From: an uncultured Actinomycetota bacterium
Lineage (GTDB): Bacteria > Actinomycetota > Actinomycetes > Propionibacteriales > Nocardioidaceae
Direction of reading: 5' to 3'
Length of the DNA stretch: 64,000 bases
NCBI GenBank assembly: GCA_963842565.1
Contig: CAWJGX010000011.1
Location: 51,519-115,518, forward strand
In this document: in pieces, positions 10,535 to 20,168 of the stretch
How positions within the stretch are numbered: the stretch's first letter is position 1
How the letters are laid out: every line of letters begins with the position of its first letter
Position numbers and translations under genes: made by a program
Notes under the pieces: generated by a model
Told to the model about the DNA's origin: nothing
Databases searched by the model: none
Seen by the model: the letters and a program-made list of their open reading frames with translations, nothing else

Positions 10535-11127
10535 CGGCGTAGCGCTCCTCGCGCCAGGGGTCGCCGTAGTTGTGGTAGCCGAATCCCTCCCAGAAACCGG
10601 GCTCGTCGCCGTTCATCAGGGTGAACCCGTTGAGCCACTTCGCGGACTTCCAGAAGTAGAGGTGCGGCACGAGCAGGCGCACCGGGCCGCCGTGCTCCGC
10701 CGGCAGCGGGCCACCGTCGTACTCGTGGACCACCCACGCCTTGCCGTCCAGGAGGTCCTCGAGCGGCAGGTTGGTGGTGTAGCCGCCGTAGGAGTGGGCC
10801 ATCACGTAGTCGGCCGTGCTCTCGACGTCCTCGAGGAAGGCGTCGACGGGCACACCGCGCCAGGCCGTGCCGAGCTTGGACCACCGGGTGACGCAGTGGA
10901 TGTCGACCTCGACGTCCTCGACCGGGAGTGCCATCAGGTCCTGCCAGGACCAGCGTCTGCTGCTCTCCGGTGTCGGTGGTCAGGGTGAGCGTCCAGTCCT
11001 CCGGCTCGACGTACTGCGTCGGCCCGGCGGTGAGCACCGGGAAGTCCTCGGTGAGGTACTGCCCGGGAGGCAGGGTCTCGGCCTCCCGTTGACGCCGTCC
11101 TCCGAAACCGCGGGTCACGATCGCCAT
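10527..11127 (-). CDS. Sulfite oxidase-like molybdopterin oxidoreductase, frameshift near 10950
   Basis: LPPGQYLTEDFPVL, DIHCVTRWSK, HGGPVRLLVPHLYFWKSAKW, GFWE..GYHNYGDPWREERY. Confidence 0.9.
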
Positions 11128-11129
11128 GG

Positions 11130-12458
11130 CTACCGCGCCTCGATGAGCAGGTCGCGGGTGATGTCGTCGATGGTGGCGGCGCCGACCAGGCCCATGGTCA
11201 GGTCGAGCTCGGCGATGACGTTCTCGATCACCTGCCTGACACCGTCCGCGCCGGCGAGCGCCAGCCCGTAGAGGTGCGGGCGCCCGAGCAGGCACGCGTC
11301 GGCACCCAGCGCGAGCGCGAGGAACACGTCGCCTCCGGTGCGGATGCCGCTGTCGAAGAGCACCGTCGGCTCGGGTCCGATCCGGTCCCTCACGGCGACG
11401 AGCGCGTCGAGCGAGGCGATGCTGTGGTCGACCTGCCGGCCGCCGTGGTTGGAGACGATCAGCCCGTCGACGCCGGCGTCCAGCGCACGGGCGGCGTCGT
11501 CCGGGTGCAGGATCCCCTTGAGCAGGATCGGCAGCCTGGTGCGCCCGCGCAAGGTGGCGAGGTGGTCCCAGGAGAGCGCGGGGTTGGAGTAGATGTCGAG
11601 GAAGGTCTCGACCGCCTTGCGCGGCTCCTGCGAACGCAGGTTGTCGCGGAACCGGCCCGGGTAGTTGCGGGTGATCGAGAGCAGGCTGCGGATCGCACCG
11701 AGGGTCACGTCGACCTTCTCGGCCGGCCCGGAGGCCGCAGCGATCCGCTCGCGGATGATCTCGCGGAAGCGGGGGTCGGAGGTGTACTGCGCGATGCCCT
11801 CGCCCTGCGCGAAGGGCAGGGACCCGAGGGTCAGGTCCTGGGGCCGCCAGCCGAGCGTCGTGGTGTCCAGCGTGACCACCAGCGCCTGGGCACCACACGC
11901 CTCCGCCCGGTGGATCATCGAGTCCACCAGCAGCTCGTCGACGGACCAGTAGAGCTGGTACCAGAAGGGCGTCTCACCCATCGAGCGCGCGGTGTCCTCC
12001 ATCGGGCTGCAGCCCTGCGAGGAGAAGACGTACGACGTCCGCGCGGCCGCCGCACCGCGGGCGATGTGCACGTCGCTGTCCGGCTTGATCAGCGCACCCG
12101 CGCCGACGGGGGCCAGCAGCACCGGTGACCGGAGATCGGTGCCGAGGACCGTGGTGGTCAGGTCGCGTGTCGTCGTGCCGTGCAGCATCCGCGGCACGAT
12201 CCGCCAGCGCTCGAAGGCTTCCCGGTTGTGCCGCATGGTGGCCCCGGAGCCGGCGCCTCCCTCGACGTACGCCCTGGCCTTGCTCGACATCGCCCGGTGT
12301 GCGGCCTGCTCCAGCAGTGCGGGGTCCACCGGGACCGAGGGCGCGCGGCCGAGGACCCCTGCCTGGTAGATCGCCCCCTGCCGCTCCCGGCCGGCCCCGA
12401 TGGGTGGGCGGCCATCGTCAGCGGACGGGGAGGTCTGGCGGGTGTCGGTGGTGGTCAT
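11130..12458 (-). CDS. Lactate 2-monooxygenase / FMN-dependent alpha-hydroxy acid oxidase
   Basis: LLKGILHPDDA, VSNHGGRQVD, DSGIRTG, LGRP. Confidence 0.92.
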   Translation of the reverse strand: MTTTDTRQTSPSADDGRPPIGAGRERQGAIYQAGVLGRAPSVPVDPALLEQAAHRAMSSKARAYVEGGAGSGATMRHNREAFERWRIVPRMLHGTTTRDLTTTVLGTDLRSPVLLAPVGAGALIKPDSDVHIARGAAAARTSYVFSSQGCSPMEDTARSMGETPFWYQLYWSVDELLVDSMIHRAEACGAQALVVTLDTTTLGWRPQDLTLGSLPFAQGEGIAQYTSDPRFREIIRERIAAASGPAEKVDVTLGAIRSLLSITRNYPGRFRDNLRSQEPRKAVETFLDIYSNPALSWDHLATLRGRTRLPILLKGILHPDDAARALDAGVDGLIVSNHGGRQVDHSIASLDALVAVRDRIGPEPTVLFDSGIRTGGDVFLALALGADACLLGRPHLYGLALAGADGVRQVIENVIAELDLTMGLVGAATIDDITRDLLIEAR

Positions 12459-12565
12459 GGGCTGTCTCCGTCGCGCCGAGGGTGGGGCTGCACAGGGCGA
12501 TTGCATCGCTTCGCGCGACCACGCGCAACCGGGCATAGGCGCAGCCCTCACCGGGTTCTCCCCTC

Positions 12566-12937
12566 ATGAGCAGAAGAAAGCTGATCCCCGACGAGACCCA
12601 CCCGATCACCGTCAGGCCCACACCCGGGCGCGTGCGGGTCGTGGTGGGCGAGACCGTCATCGCCGAGTCGGACTCGTCGTTGACCCTGGAGGAGGCGTCG
12701 TACCCGCCGGTGCAGTACGTGCCGCTGGCGGACATCGATCCCGCCGCCCTGACCAGGACCGAGACGTCGACGTACTGCCCCTTCAAGGGCGACGCCTCCT
12801 ACTACTCGGTCAGCACTCCCGAGGGCACGGTCGTCGACGCGGGCTGGACGTACGACGAGGCGTACGAGGCGGTCGCCGGCATCACCGGCCACGTCGCGTT
12901 CTATCCGGACCGGGCGACGGTGACCGTCGAGGGCTGA
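12566..12937 (+). CDS. DUF427 family protein
   Basis: EASYPPVQYVP, TYCPFKGDASY, WTY, HVAFY. Confidence 0.9.
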   Translation: MSRRKLIPDETHPITVRPTPGRVRVVVGETVIAESDSSLTLEEASYPPVQYVPLADIDPAALTRTETSTYCPFKGDASYYSVSTPEGTVVDAGWTYDEAYEAVAGITGHVAFYPDRATVTVEG

Positions 12938-13056
12938 CGCCCCGGTTCGGGCGTTTCGCCTAGACTGCGGCGTTCCGCAATTACGCTGGTGACTGCGGTC
13001 GTCGTCCCGGCACCTCGGGGAGGGGTGCCGGGACGGCTGCGGACAGGCGACTCGAC

Positions 13057-13936
13057 TCAGGCGCAGGGAACGACGGCCACCGCGCAGGTCGCGTGCTCCA
13101 CCACCGAGGTCGCCACCGAGCCGAACAGCCGGTGGCTGGTGTGTCCGGGGACGTGGGCACCGACGACGATCATGTTCATCCGCTCCCCGGCACGCAGCAG
13201 CGCTTCCTGGGGGAGTCCACGGACGATCTCGGTGGTGGTCCTGACGTCGGGGTACTTCTCCGCCATCCCGGCGATCGCCTCGGCCAGCGCCAGGCGCTCG
13301 GTCTCCGGGTCGACGATCGACTCGGCGACGAGGTAGGCGCCCAGGGCGTCGGCGTGCGGATCCGAGCCGCAGTGCAGCAGGGTCAGCGGGAGGTCGTGGA
13401 AGGACGCCTCGCGGTAGGCGAAGTCGAGGACGGTCCGCGACTCCGGGGAGGCGTCGACCCCCACCAGGATCCCGTTGCGGACGAGGCCGGGGTTGCCGGG
13501 ACGGTGTACGACGACCGGGCAGTGTGCGTGCCGGACGAGCGCCGTACCGACCGAGCCCAGGAGCAGGGTCCGCAGCTGGCCGCGGCCGCGTGAGCCCAGC
13601 ACCACCATGGCGGCGTCCCGGGACAGCTCGAGGAGCACCGCACGCGGGTCCGCGATCGCGCAGCACCTGCTCGACCTCGACGCCCGGCGCGATCCGCTCG
13701 ACCTCTGCCGCGGCGTCGTCGAGCACCTGCTGGCCCTCGGCGCGAAGGAGGGTCTCGGCGTCCGGCTGGTAGACGATGGCAGCGTCCAGGTACGCGGGAG
13801 ACCCGACGTGGACCGCGTGCACCAGCGTCAGCGTGCGGTGCTCGGCGACACTCTGCTTCACCGCCCAGGACAGGGCGCGCATCGACTGGTCGGAGGCGTC
13901 GACGCCGACGACGATGGTTCCGGGCTGGGTGTTCAT
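13057..13936 (-). CDS. Tandem-domain universal stress protein, frameshift near 13650
   Basis: IVVGVDAS twice, VLGSRGRG...LLGSV, FGSVATSVVEHATCAVAVV. Confidence 0.9.
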
Positions 13937-14013
13937 GGTGGCTCCTCGAGGTGTGGCACGCGACCGACCGTCCGTGCGGACGGCCGGTCTGTGGGGTGGT
14001 CGTGCGCTGGGGA

Positions 14014-14622
14014 CTACCGGAGGACGGGGTATCGCTCCACGGCGTCGATGCGGGACCACCGGCGACCGAGGCCCCAGGTGTTGCCGGCGCTGAGCAGGGC
14101 CAGGGCGACGACGGTGAGCGCGCCGAGGATGTGGTCGTCGATCACGGGGTTGTTCTCCGGGGGCAGAGCGACGGTCCACATCATCACGTACATCACGGCT
14201 CCCGCTGTCGCAGCGAACCGCATGGCCACGCCGAAGGTCAGCGCGAGGCCGATGCCGAGCAGGCCGAGCATGAACAGCCAGTTGACCCAGGTGGCGCCGG
14301 CGATCGAGTGGTAGAAGCCCTCGAAGGGTCCCTTGGCCCCGAAGGCGAGGAAGCCCTGGGTCGGGTTGCCGCCGTGGATCCAGGCAGCCGGGCCGAAGCG
14401 GTCCGTGCTGGCCCCGTCCGGGCTGACACCCGTGCTGAACCCGAGGGCGAACGTCTTGTCCAGGAACGCCCAGAGGAACGTGAGCCCGAACGCGATCCGC
14501 AGCACAGCCAGGACGCGACGGGTGACGGAGGGGAGCAGGTCGGCGGGCGTGACGCCCGTCGTCGTGTCGCTGCCGTGAGAGGGAGCCGGGGTGGAGCTGG
14601 TGGGTCCGTGGGTGACAGCCAT
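14014..14622 (-). CDS. DoxX/DoxD-like membrane protein (thiosulfate:quinone oxidoreductase large-subunit-like)
   Basis: LRIAFGLTFLWAFLDK, WIHGGNPTQGFL, NNPVIDDH, WGLGRRW; AGGAGG RBS. Confidence 0.85.
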   Translation of the reverse strand: MAVTHGPTSSTPAPSHGSDTTTGVTPADLLPSVTRRVLAVLRIAFGLTFLWAFLDKTFALGFSTGVSPDGASTDRFGPAAWIHGGNPTQGFLAFGAKGPFEGFYHSIAGATWVNWLFMLGLLGIGLALTFGVAMRFAATAGAVMYVMMWTVALPPENNPVIDDHILGALTVVALALLSAGNTWGLGRRWSRIDAVERYPVLR

Positions 14623-14692
14623 GACGGCCAACCTCCTGGGTCGGGGGAACTTCCTTGTGCCCTGAGCCTCCCGGGGAACGGGGTGTGGCAGC

Positions 14693-14730
14693 AGGGGTCA
14701 GGGTCACCGACTGGAGGGTCTGAGGTCCCT
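14693..14730. promoter_or_regulatory. DosR/OsdR-like boxes (primary 14715-14730, secondary 14693-14708)
   Basis: AGGGACCTCAGACCCT on the minus strand resembles GGGACTnnAGTCCC-type boxes; a weaker copy lies 22 bp away, upstream of doxX-usp. Confidence 0.6.
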
Positions 14731-14756
14731 GTCTCCCGGGCCCCGCTGCTCCCGGG

Positions 14757-15344
14757 TCAGCGGACCTCGACGGCCACGACACCCGTCACGGTCTGCGCCG
14801 CGACCTCGGCGATCGAGCGGTCCAGGGTGGTGCTCGGGCCGTCGATGTCGACGACGCCGTCGTGCACCCCGACCTTCCAGTCCCTGTGCCCGATCGAGGC
14901 GAGCAGCGCCTCCACGTCCTGTGCGAGCAGGTCGTCGCTGCGGGCACGGACACGCATGAGGTCGCTGCGGCTGACCATTCCGACGATCTTCTGATCGTCG
15001 TCGACCACGGGCAGGCTCTTCAGGCTGCGGGTTGTCATCAGCTCTGCGACGTCGGCCACGTCCGTGGACTCGTGCACGGTGATCGCCGGGGAGGTCATCA
15101 CCTCGGAGACGAACACGGCCGCCCTGTGGGCACGTTGCCGCGGGAGCAGGCGCGTCCTGGCGTCGGGTGGGAAGGCGTCGTGGATCAGATCGGCCTCGCT
15201 GACCACACCGCAGATCCGTCCGGTCTCGTCGACCACGGGGAGAACGGAGATGTGGTGTGCGACCAGCACGGTCGCCGCCTCCTTGAGGTGCGAGGTGGGA
15301 GTGACCGTCGCAGGCTCCCTGGTCATCACGTCGTGCACGAGCAT
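14757..15344 (-). CDS. CBS domain pair plus BON-like domain protein
   Basis: VMTREPATV...LPVVD...GVVSEADL; second CBS VMTSPAITV...LPVVD; C-terminal V.V.DGVV...GVVAV. Confidence 0.9.
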   Translation of the reverse strand: MLVHDVMTREPATVTPTSHLKEAATVLVAHHISVLPVVDETGRICGVVSEADLIHDAFPPDARTRLLPRQRAHRAAVFVSEVMTSPAITVHESTDVADVAELMTTRSLKSLPVVDDDQKIVGMVSRSDLMRVRARSDDLLAQDVEALLASIGHRDWKVGVHDGVVDIDGPSTTLDRSIAEVAAQTVTGVVAVEVR

Positions 15345-15375
15345 CTCGGTCGTCCTCCGGGTCACGGTTCAGGGT

Positions 15376-16824
15376 TCACGGCGCTGCGTCAGCCAGCGCT
15401 TTCTGGAGCACGCGCATCTCGTCCTGGAGGTAGTCGGCCATCGCGTCCAGGTCGGGCACCAGCTCGCGGCACGCGATCAGGCCGAAGTGCATCTGGTCGC
15501 GGTAGCTGAGCACGGTGATGTTCAGCCCCTGTCCGTCGGCGATGGCGGACAGCGGGTAGTAGGCGAGCAGCTCGGCGCCGGCGTAGTAGAGCGGGATCCG
15601 TGGTCCCGGCACGTTCGAGATGATCAGGTTGAACGGGTTGATCCGCTCGAGGAGCCGCAGCCGCGCGCTGAGCCGCGCGGCCTGCCCTGCGAGGGCCGGC
15701 ATCGCGAACTGGGTCACGTCGCTGAGCAGGTCCGCGGGGAGCGCTCCGTGCTGGCTCTTGGCCTTCGCGGTGGCCTCGGTGACCGCCATCAGTCGCGCCA
15801 GCGGGTCGTCGAGGTGGGTCGGAAGTGTGGCGAGCATGGCGGAGACGCGGTTGCCGCCCGCACCCTTCTCGTCGTCGCTGCGGACCGAGACCGGGATGGC
15901 GGTGACGAGGGGCTGGGCCGGCAGCGCGTCGTGGTCCAGCAGCCAGCGACGGAGGGCGCCCGCGCACAGCGCCATCACCACGTCGTTGATGGTCACGCCC
16001 GCCGCCTGCTTGACCTCCTTGGCGTCCGTCAGCGAGACGTCGCGGAAGGCCCAGCGTCGGTGCGGGGTGATCGGCCGGTTCCAGGGCGTGGCGGGCGCGC
16101 GTAGTCCCGAACGCTCCAGGGTCGCCGAACGGCCCAGGCGCCGGAGCAGGACGTCGTCGACGATCGGGATGCGGGGGAGCGACGTGCTCCGGACCAGGGC
16201 AGGAGCTGCGCGCAGCAGCTCGGCCGAGAGGCGTACGGCGCGCAGCGGGTGCCGCGACATCGACACGGCACTGCGCGCGAGCAGCCCGGCCTGGGAGGGC
16301 ATCGGTTCCCCGGCCGGCGGCTCCTCGTAGGCGACCTGGTGCAGCTTCGGTGAGGTGTCGAGCATCGTGCCGAGGATGTCGGCCCCCGAGACGCCGTCGA
16401 TCGCGGCGTGGTGGACCTTCGTGTAGACGGCCATCCGGCCACCGGCCAGGCCGGAGATGAGGTACATCTCCCACAGCGGCCGCGTCCGGTCCAGGGGGCG
16501 CGCGTGCAGCCGGGCGGCCTGCTCGGCCAGCATGGCGTCACTGCCGGGAGGCGGGAGCGCGATCTCGCGGACGTGGTACTCGAGGTCGAAGTGGGGGTCC
16601 TCGATCCAGTAGGGCTGGTCGAGCCCGAACGGCACCGGTGCCAGCCGCCGACGGAACGGCGGCACGAGGTGCAGCCGCGAGCTGACCACGTCGCTCAGGC
16701 TCTCCAGCGTGAGCGGTTCCGGGGCGGTCGAGGGATCGACCACACAGATGCTGCCGACGTGCCCGAACACGGCCGGTGTCTCGATCGCGAGAAAGGCGCC
16801 GTCCAGTCCCGTCAGCTGCTGCAT
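15376..16824 (-). CDS. Wax ester/triacylglycerol synthase (WS/DGAT, Tgs family)
   Basis: Catalytic HHAAIDG, LDRTRPLWE, TINDVV, ISNVPGP. Confidence 0.95.
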   Translation of the reverse strand: MQQLTGLDGAFLAIETPAVFGHVGSICVVDPSTAPEPLTLESLSDVVSSRLHLVPPFRRRLAPVPFGLDQPYWIEDPHFDLEYHVREIALPPPGSDAMLAEQAARLHARPLDRTRPLWEMYLISGLAGGRMAVYTKVHHAAIDGVSGADILGTMLDTSPKLHQVAYEEPPAGEPMPSQAGLLARSAVSMSRHPLRAVRLSAELLRAAPALVRSTSLPRIPIVDDVLLRRLGRSATLERSGLRAPATPWNRPITPHRRWAFRDVSLTDAKEVKQAAGVTINDVVMALCAGALRRWLLDHDALPAQPLVTAIPVSVRSDDEKGAGGNRVSAMLATLPTHLDDPLARLMAVTEATAKAKSQHGALPADLLSDVTQFAMPALAGQAARLSARLRLLERINPFNLIISNVPGPRIPLYYAGAELLAYYPLSAIADGQGLNITVLSYRDQMHFGLIACRELVPDLDAMADYLQDEMRVLQKALADAAP

Positions 16825-16901
16825 CGTCGTCCTCCCGCGTCGCCAGTGCTCCCTGGCCCGACGCTACGCGCCGCAGGAGATCGCGAACAGACGTGCCTCC
16901 C

Positions 16902-17015
16902 TCAGCCGTGACGGACGGCCGTGGTGGAGCGCCGGCGGGCGGGGCGGTCACGCAGCACCGTCCACAGGACGAGCGGGTGGGTGAACGGTGTCGAGGGCTG
17001 CCTGAGCTGGCTCAT
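16902..17015 (-). CDS. Candidate leaderless 37-aa peptide
   Basis: TACGTT 6 nt before the ATG; MSQLRQPSTPFTHPLVLWTVLRDRPARRRSTTAVRHG*; below the ORF-track cutoff. Confidence 0.45.
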   Translation of the reverse strand: MSQLRQPSTPFTHPLVLWTVLRDRPARRRSTTAVRHG

Positions 17016-17078
17016 GCCGCCAACGTAGGAATGAGGCGGACCCGCGGACATCGGGCAGATGCCCTAGCTGACCCGCTC

Positions 17079-17813
17079 TCAGTCCTTCGACTGCCTCATC
17101 CGCACCAGCGCGTAGACGACACCCGCCGCGACGATCGACACCAACGTCCACAGCAGGATCAGCCAGCGGTCGTGCGGCTCGGCCTCGACCAGGGGTGCGA
17201 CACCGGCGACGAGGACCGCGACCGACACCAGGAACGCGAAGAAGATTCCCCTGGTCTCGCTGAGCAGCTGCGACTCCTGGTGCTCGAGCTGGTGCTGCTG
17301 GATGTCCGCGATCCGCTCGAGCATGTCCAGCAGGGTGGTGGCCTCCTCGACGTCGTCCTCGAAGGAGCCGAGCGACTCGTCCTCGGCAGTCGTGACCTCT
17401 GCGTCGGTGGTGGGGGCGTCGGGTGGGGAGACGGCTGCAGGAGAGGTCTCGCCGGTCGCGGGATCCCAGTCGGTCGTGAGCTCCGGAAAGCTCTCCCGGG
17501 CGCGGCGAGCCTGCTCGGCCAGGCGCTGCTGGGTCCGCGCGAACGAGCGCCGCATCTGGGGGTCGAGGTTGTCCGGGCCGCCGCCCTTCGCCCGACGCAG
17601 GGTGGCGTCGAGGCGCTCGGTGGTCGGGCGCATCACGTCCCTCAGGGCAACGTCGAAGGCCGCCTGCTCCTCGGCTGACAGGATGCCGTTGCCCGGCTGG
17701 GACAGCTGGCGGATCGTCCGGAAGCCGAGCCGTCGTACGGACTCGGGCGTGAACTCGTCGGGCAGGTCCGCGCGGGTGACGGCGCGACGACCGGGGCGCT
17801 CAGGTGGGGTCAC
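17079..17813 (-). CDS. Hypothetical membrane protein with two C-terminal TM helices
   Basis: GTG start MTPPERPG...; coiled/acidic middle region; IFFAFLVSVAVLVAGV and WLILLWTLVSIVAAGVVY. Confidence 0.7.
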   Translation of the reverse strand: MTPPERPGRRAVTRADLPDEFTPESVRRLGFRTIRQLSQPGNGILSAEEQAAFDVALRDVMRPTTERLDATLRRAKGGGPDNLDPQMRRSFARTQQRLAEQARRARESFPELTTDWDPATGETSPAAVSPPDAPTTDAEVTTAEDESLGSFEDDVEEATTLLDMLERIADIQQHQLEHQESQLLSETRGIFFAFLVSVAVLVAGVAPLVEAEPHDRWLILLWTLVSIVAAGVVYALVRMRQSKD

Positions 17814-17836
17814 CCCGTCATTCTCCCCACACTTTC

Positions 17837-17888
17837 CAGGTCGAGTGCTCAGCTGGGTGCTCTGGCGACCACCTGAGCACACGACTCG
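17837..17888. repeat. REP-like palindromic repeat, copy 1
   Basis: caggtcgagtgctcagctgggtgctctggcgaccacctgagcacacgactcg; 51/52 identical to 28999-29050. Confidence 0.85.
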
Positions 17889-19675
17889 TGCAGGTCGGGG
17901 TTGTCGATGTCGGCGACCAGGATGGCGGCCGCGGCTGCGTCGCCGGCACTGCCCAGTGCGGCTGAGTGCAGCAGCGCTCGCACGGTCAGCTCTCTCATCC
18001 CGGTCCTCGAGGCGAGCTCGCGCAGGGCGTCGACCCAACGCCCGGTGTCGGGATGGCGGTGCAGGCGTCCGAGCTCGCAGAGGGCGTCGAGGATGTGGGC
18101 GTCCAGCCACACGTAGGGATCCGCGAGCCGGTTGCTCCGGACGCGTGCGTCGCGCAGCAGGTCGAAGGCGCGGTCGGTCTCGCCCGTGGCGTCGGCGACC
18201 AGAGCAAGACCGCGTGCGGTGACGCCCTCCCAGCAGGGGTCGCCGAGCTGGCAGGCACGGGCGAAGGCCTGCTGCAGCGTCTCGGCCGCGCGGCCGGCAT
18301 CGCCGCGAGCCAGGTGGACCGCGCCCTGGAACGCCTGCGGCCACGGGAGGAACGAGAGCCAGTGCTCCCGCTCGGCCAGCCCGACTGCGGCGGAGAGGCG
18401 GTCGTCCGCCTCGTCCAGCCGGCCGCGGAGCAGGTCGATGCGCCCTCTCATGGACAGCGCGTAGGCCTCGCGTCGCGGCTCGCCGGCGTCCCGGGAGAGC
18501 TGCAGCGCCTGGTCGAGCAGCGCGGTCGCCCGCGGGTAGTTTCCCCTGTCGCTGTGGACCGAACCCAGGTACGTCGTGGTCTTGGCCATCTCGGACGGGG
18601 ACCCGTCGGCGAGGCCGAGGGCGTCGGTGAGCCAGAGCTCGGCGCGGTCGTAGCGGGCGCGCAGGAAGTCGACGTATCCCAGCTCGGCCCGCGCCTGGGC
18701 AGCGCTGACCCGGTCGCCGGACTCCGCGGCCAGCCGGTCCGCCTCGTGCAGGTGGGCAACTCCCTCCTCGTCGAGGCCACGCAGCGAGTGGATCAGTGTC
18801 TCGGCGAGCACCTGTCGCGCACGCACCTGCAGGGCGGGCGTCTCACCGGCGTCGGCGAGTCGAACCGCGCTGCGCAGGGACGCGACTCCCGGTTCGCGGG
18901 CACCGGCCGCGATGGCGGCGGACCCGGCCTCGATGACGGCCTCGATCGAGGCATCGGTCACCGGGTCCTCCCGCTGGTGGCGGCGCTCCCGCATCGCCGC
19001 CTCCACGGCGACACCCGGCTCGACACCCAGCTCGCTCTCGAGCAGGTCGCGCCAGGCGGCGTACTGCTGCTCCGCGGCCGCGTCGTCGCCCGCCAGTCGG
19101 TAGAGCCGGATGAGCAGGGCCTGGTGGTTCTCGTCGAGCGGGCTCATCGCGGCCGCGCGTACGGCGAACCCGCGGGCCCGGTCGAGCGCACCGCGCGCCA
19201 TCAGGCCGAGTGCGGCCTCGTGGAGGATCGTCTCGGCGGCGGCCGCGAACCGCCGGCGCTCGGAGAGCAACCAGGACTCGAAGGCCGGGGCCCCGCTGAT
19301 CTCCAGCCCGTCGAGCAGCTCGGCGTCCAGCCCGACCACCTCGACGCCTGCGGCCCAGGTGTCGTGGGTGAGCACGTCGACATCGACGGTCGCCCCCGTG
19401 GGCAGCCGGAGCACCACCGGATCGCCGTCGAGCGAGACCTCGTCGCCGAGGCAGCGCCGGATCTCCGCCAGGCTCCAGCGGAGCGCTCGCAGTGGGTCGT
19501 CGGCCTCGGCGAAGAGCAACCCGGCCAGCTGGCTCCTCGTCGGGTTGCCCTCGGCGAGCAACAGGTAGGCCAGCAGGGCCCAGCTCTTGCGGCTGCGGAG
19601 CCGGTAGCCCTGACCACCGGGCCGCTCGATGCTGGGGCGACCCAGGAGTCGGATCGCGACACCACGCTGGGACAT
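17849..19675 (-). CDS. SARP/BTAD transcriptional activator with TPR-like repeats
   Basis: IRLLG, LLAYLLL...RSQLAGLL...LRWSLAEIR, SPLDENHQALLIRLY...ELGVEP; helical C-terminal repeats. Confidence 0.9.
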   Translation of the reverse strand: MSQRGVAIRLLGRPSIERPGGQGYRLRSRKSWALLAYLLLAEGNPTRSQLAGLLFAEADDPLRALRWSLAEIRRCLGDEVSLDGDPVVLRLPTGATVDVDVLTHDTWAAGVEVVGLDAELLDGLEISGAPAFESWLLSERRRFAAAAETILHEAALGLMARGALDRARGFAVRAAAMSPLDENHQALLIRLYRLAGDDAAAEQQYAAWRDLLESELGVEPGVAVEAAMRERRHQREDPVTDASIEAVIEAGSAAIAAGAREPGVASLRSAVRLADAGETPALQVRARQVLAETLIHSLRGLDEEGVAHLHEADRLAAESGDRVSAAQARAELGYVDFLRARYDRAELWLTDALGLADGSPSEMAKTTTYLGSVHSDRGNYPRATALLDQALQLSRDAGEPRREAYALSMRGRIDLLRGRLDEADDRLSAAVGLAEREHWLSFLPWPQAFQGAVHLARGDAGRAAETLQQAFARACQLGDPCWEGVTARGLALVADATGETDRAFDLLRDARVRSNRLADPYVWLDAHILDALCELGRLHRHPDTGRWVDALRELASRTGMRELTVRALLHSAALGSAGDAAAAAILVADIDNPDLHESCAQVVARAPS

Positions 19676-19752
19676 GTGGCCAGCGTGGCACGTGGCAGCC
19701 CCGGTGGGCAGGCCCGACCGACCACGTCCGGTCGGGCCTGCCGCTCGGGACC

Positions 19753-20003
19753 TCAGGAGTGCTCGGAGACGCTGTAGATCTCGTCGGCGACGAGACCGTG
19801 GGCCTCACGGTGCACGGTGTTGGCCGCCTCCGCGTCAGGTGCCTCGACGAGGCAGAAGATCTTGCCGGCCTCCTCGTCCACCCAGTAGCGGAGGTAGTCC
19901 ACACTGTGCGGCCCCTGCGTCTTCAGGTCGGCTTCGTGAGCGGCCGCGACGTCCGCGCGGAGACCCCGCCCTCGATGTTGTGCATGTCCATGAACAGTGC
20001 CAT
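19753..20003 (-). CDS. SCO4226-family nickel-binding protein (DUF4242), frameshift near 19957
   Basis: MALFMDMHNIEGGVS + DVAAAHEADL...YLRYWVDEEAGKIFCLVEAPDAEAANTVHREAHGLVADEI. Confidence 0.88.
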
Positions 20004-20069
20004 GTCTGGTTCCCATCAGTTGTCGACCGACGCTCGTCGCCGGCCCGATGCCTCACCAGACACCGCGGG

Positions 20070-20090
20070 CGTTTGACGCGACGTTTGACG
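20070..20090. promoter_or_regulatory. Direct repeat CGTTTGACG x2, candidate SARP-type site
   Basis: cgtttgacg-cga-cgtttgacg upstream of the DUF4242-SARP pair. Confidence 0.45.
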
Positions 20091-20108
20091 GCTGCACCAA
20101 CCGCGCCG

Positions 20109-20150
20109 ATCTTGACTGCGTTCCAGACTAATCTTGACTGCTTCAAGAAA
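20109..20150 (+). promoter_or_regulatory. FurA operator (two TCTTGACTG units; the second is palindromic, TCTTGA-N5-TCAAGA)
   Basis: atcttgactgcgttccagactaatcttgactgcttcaagaaa directly upstream of furA; resembles the mycobacterial furA box. Confidence 0.7.
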
Positions 20151-20168
20151 GGGGACCAAGATCGGGAC

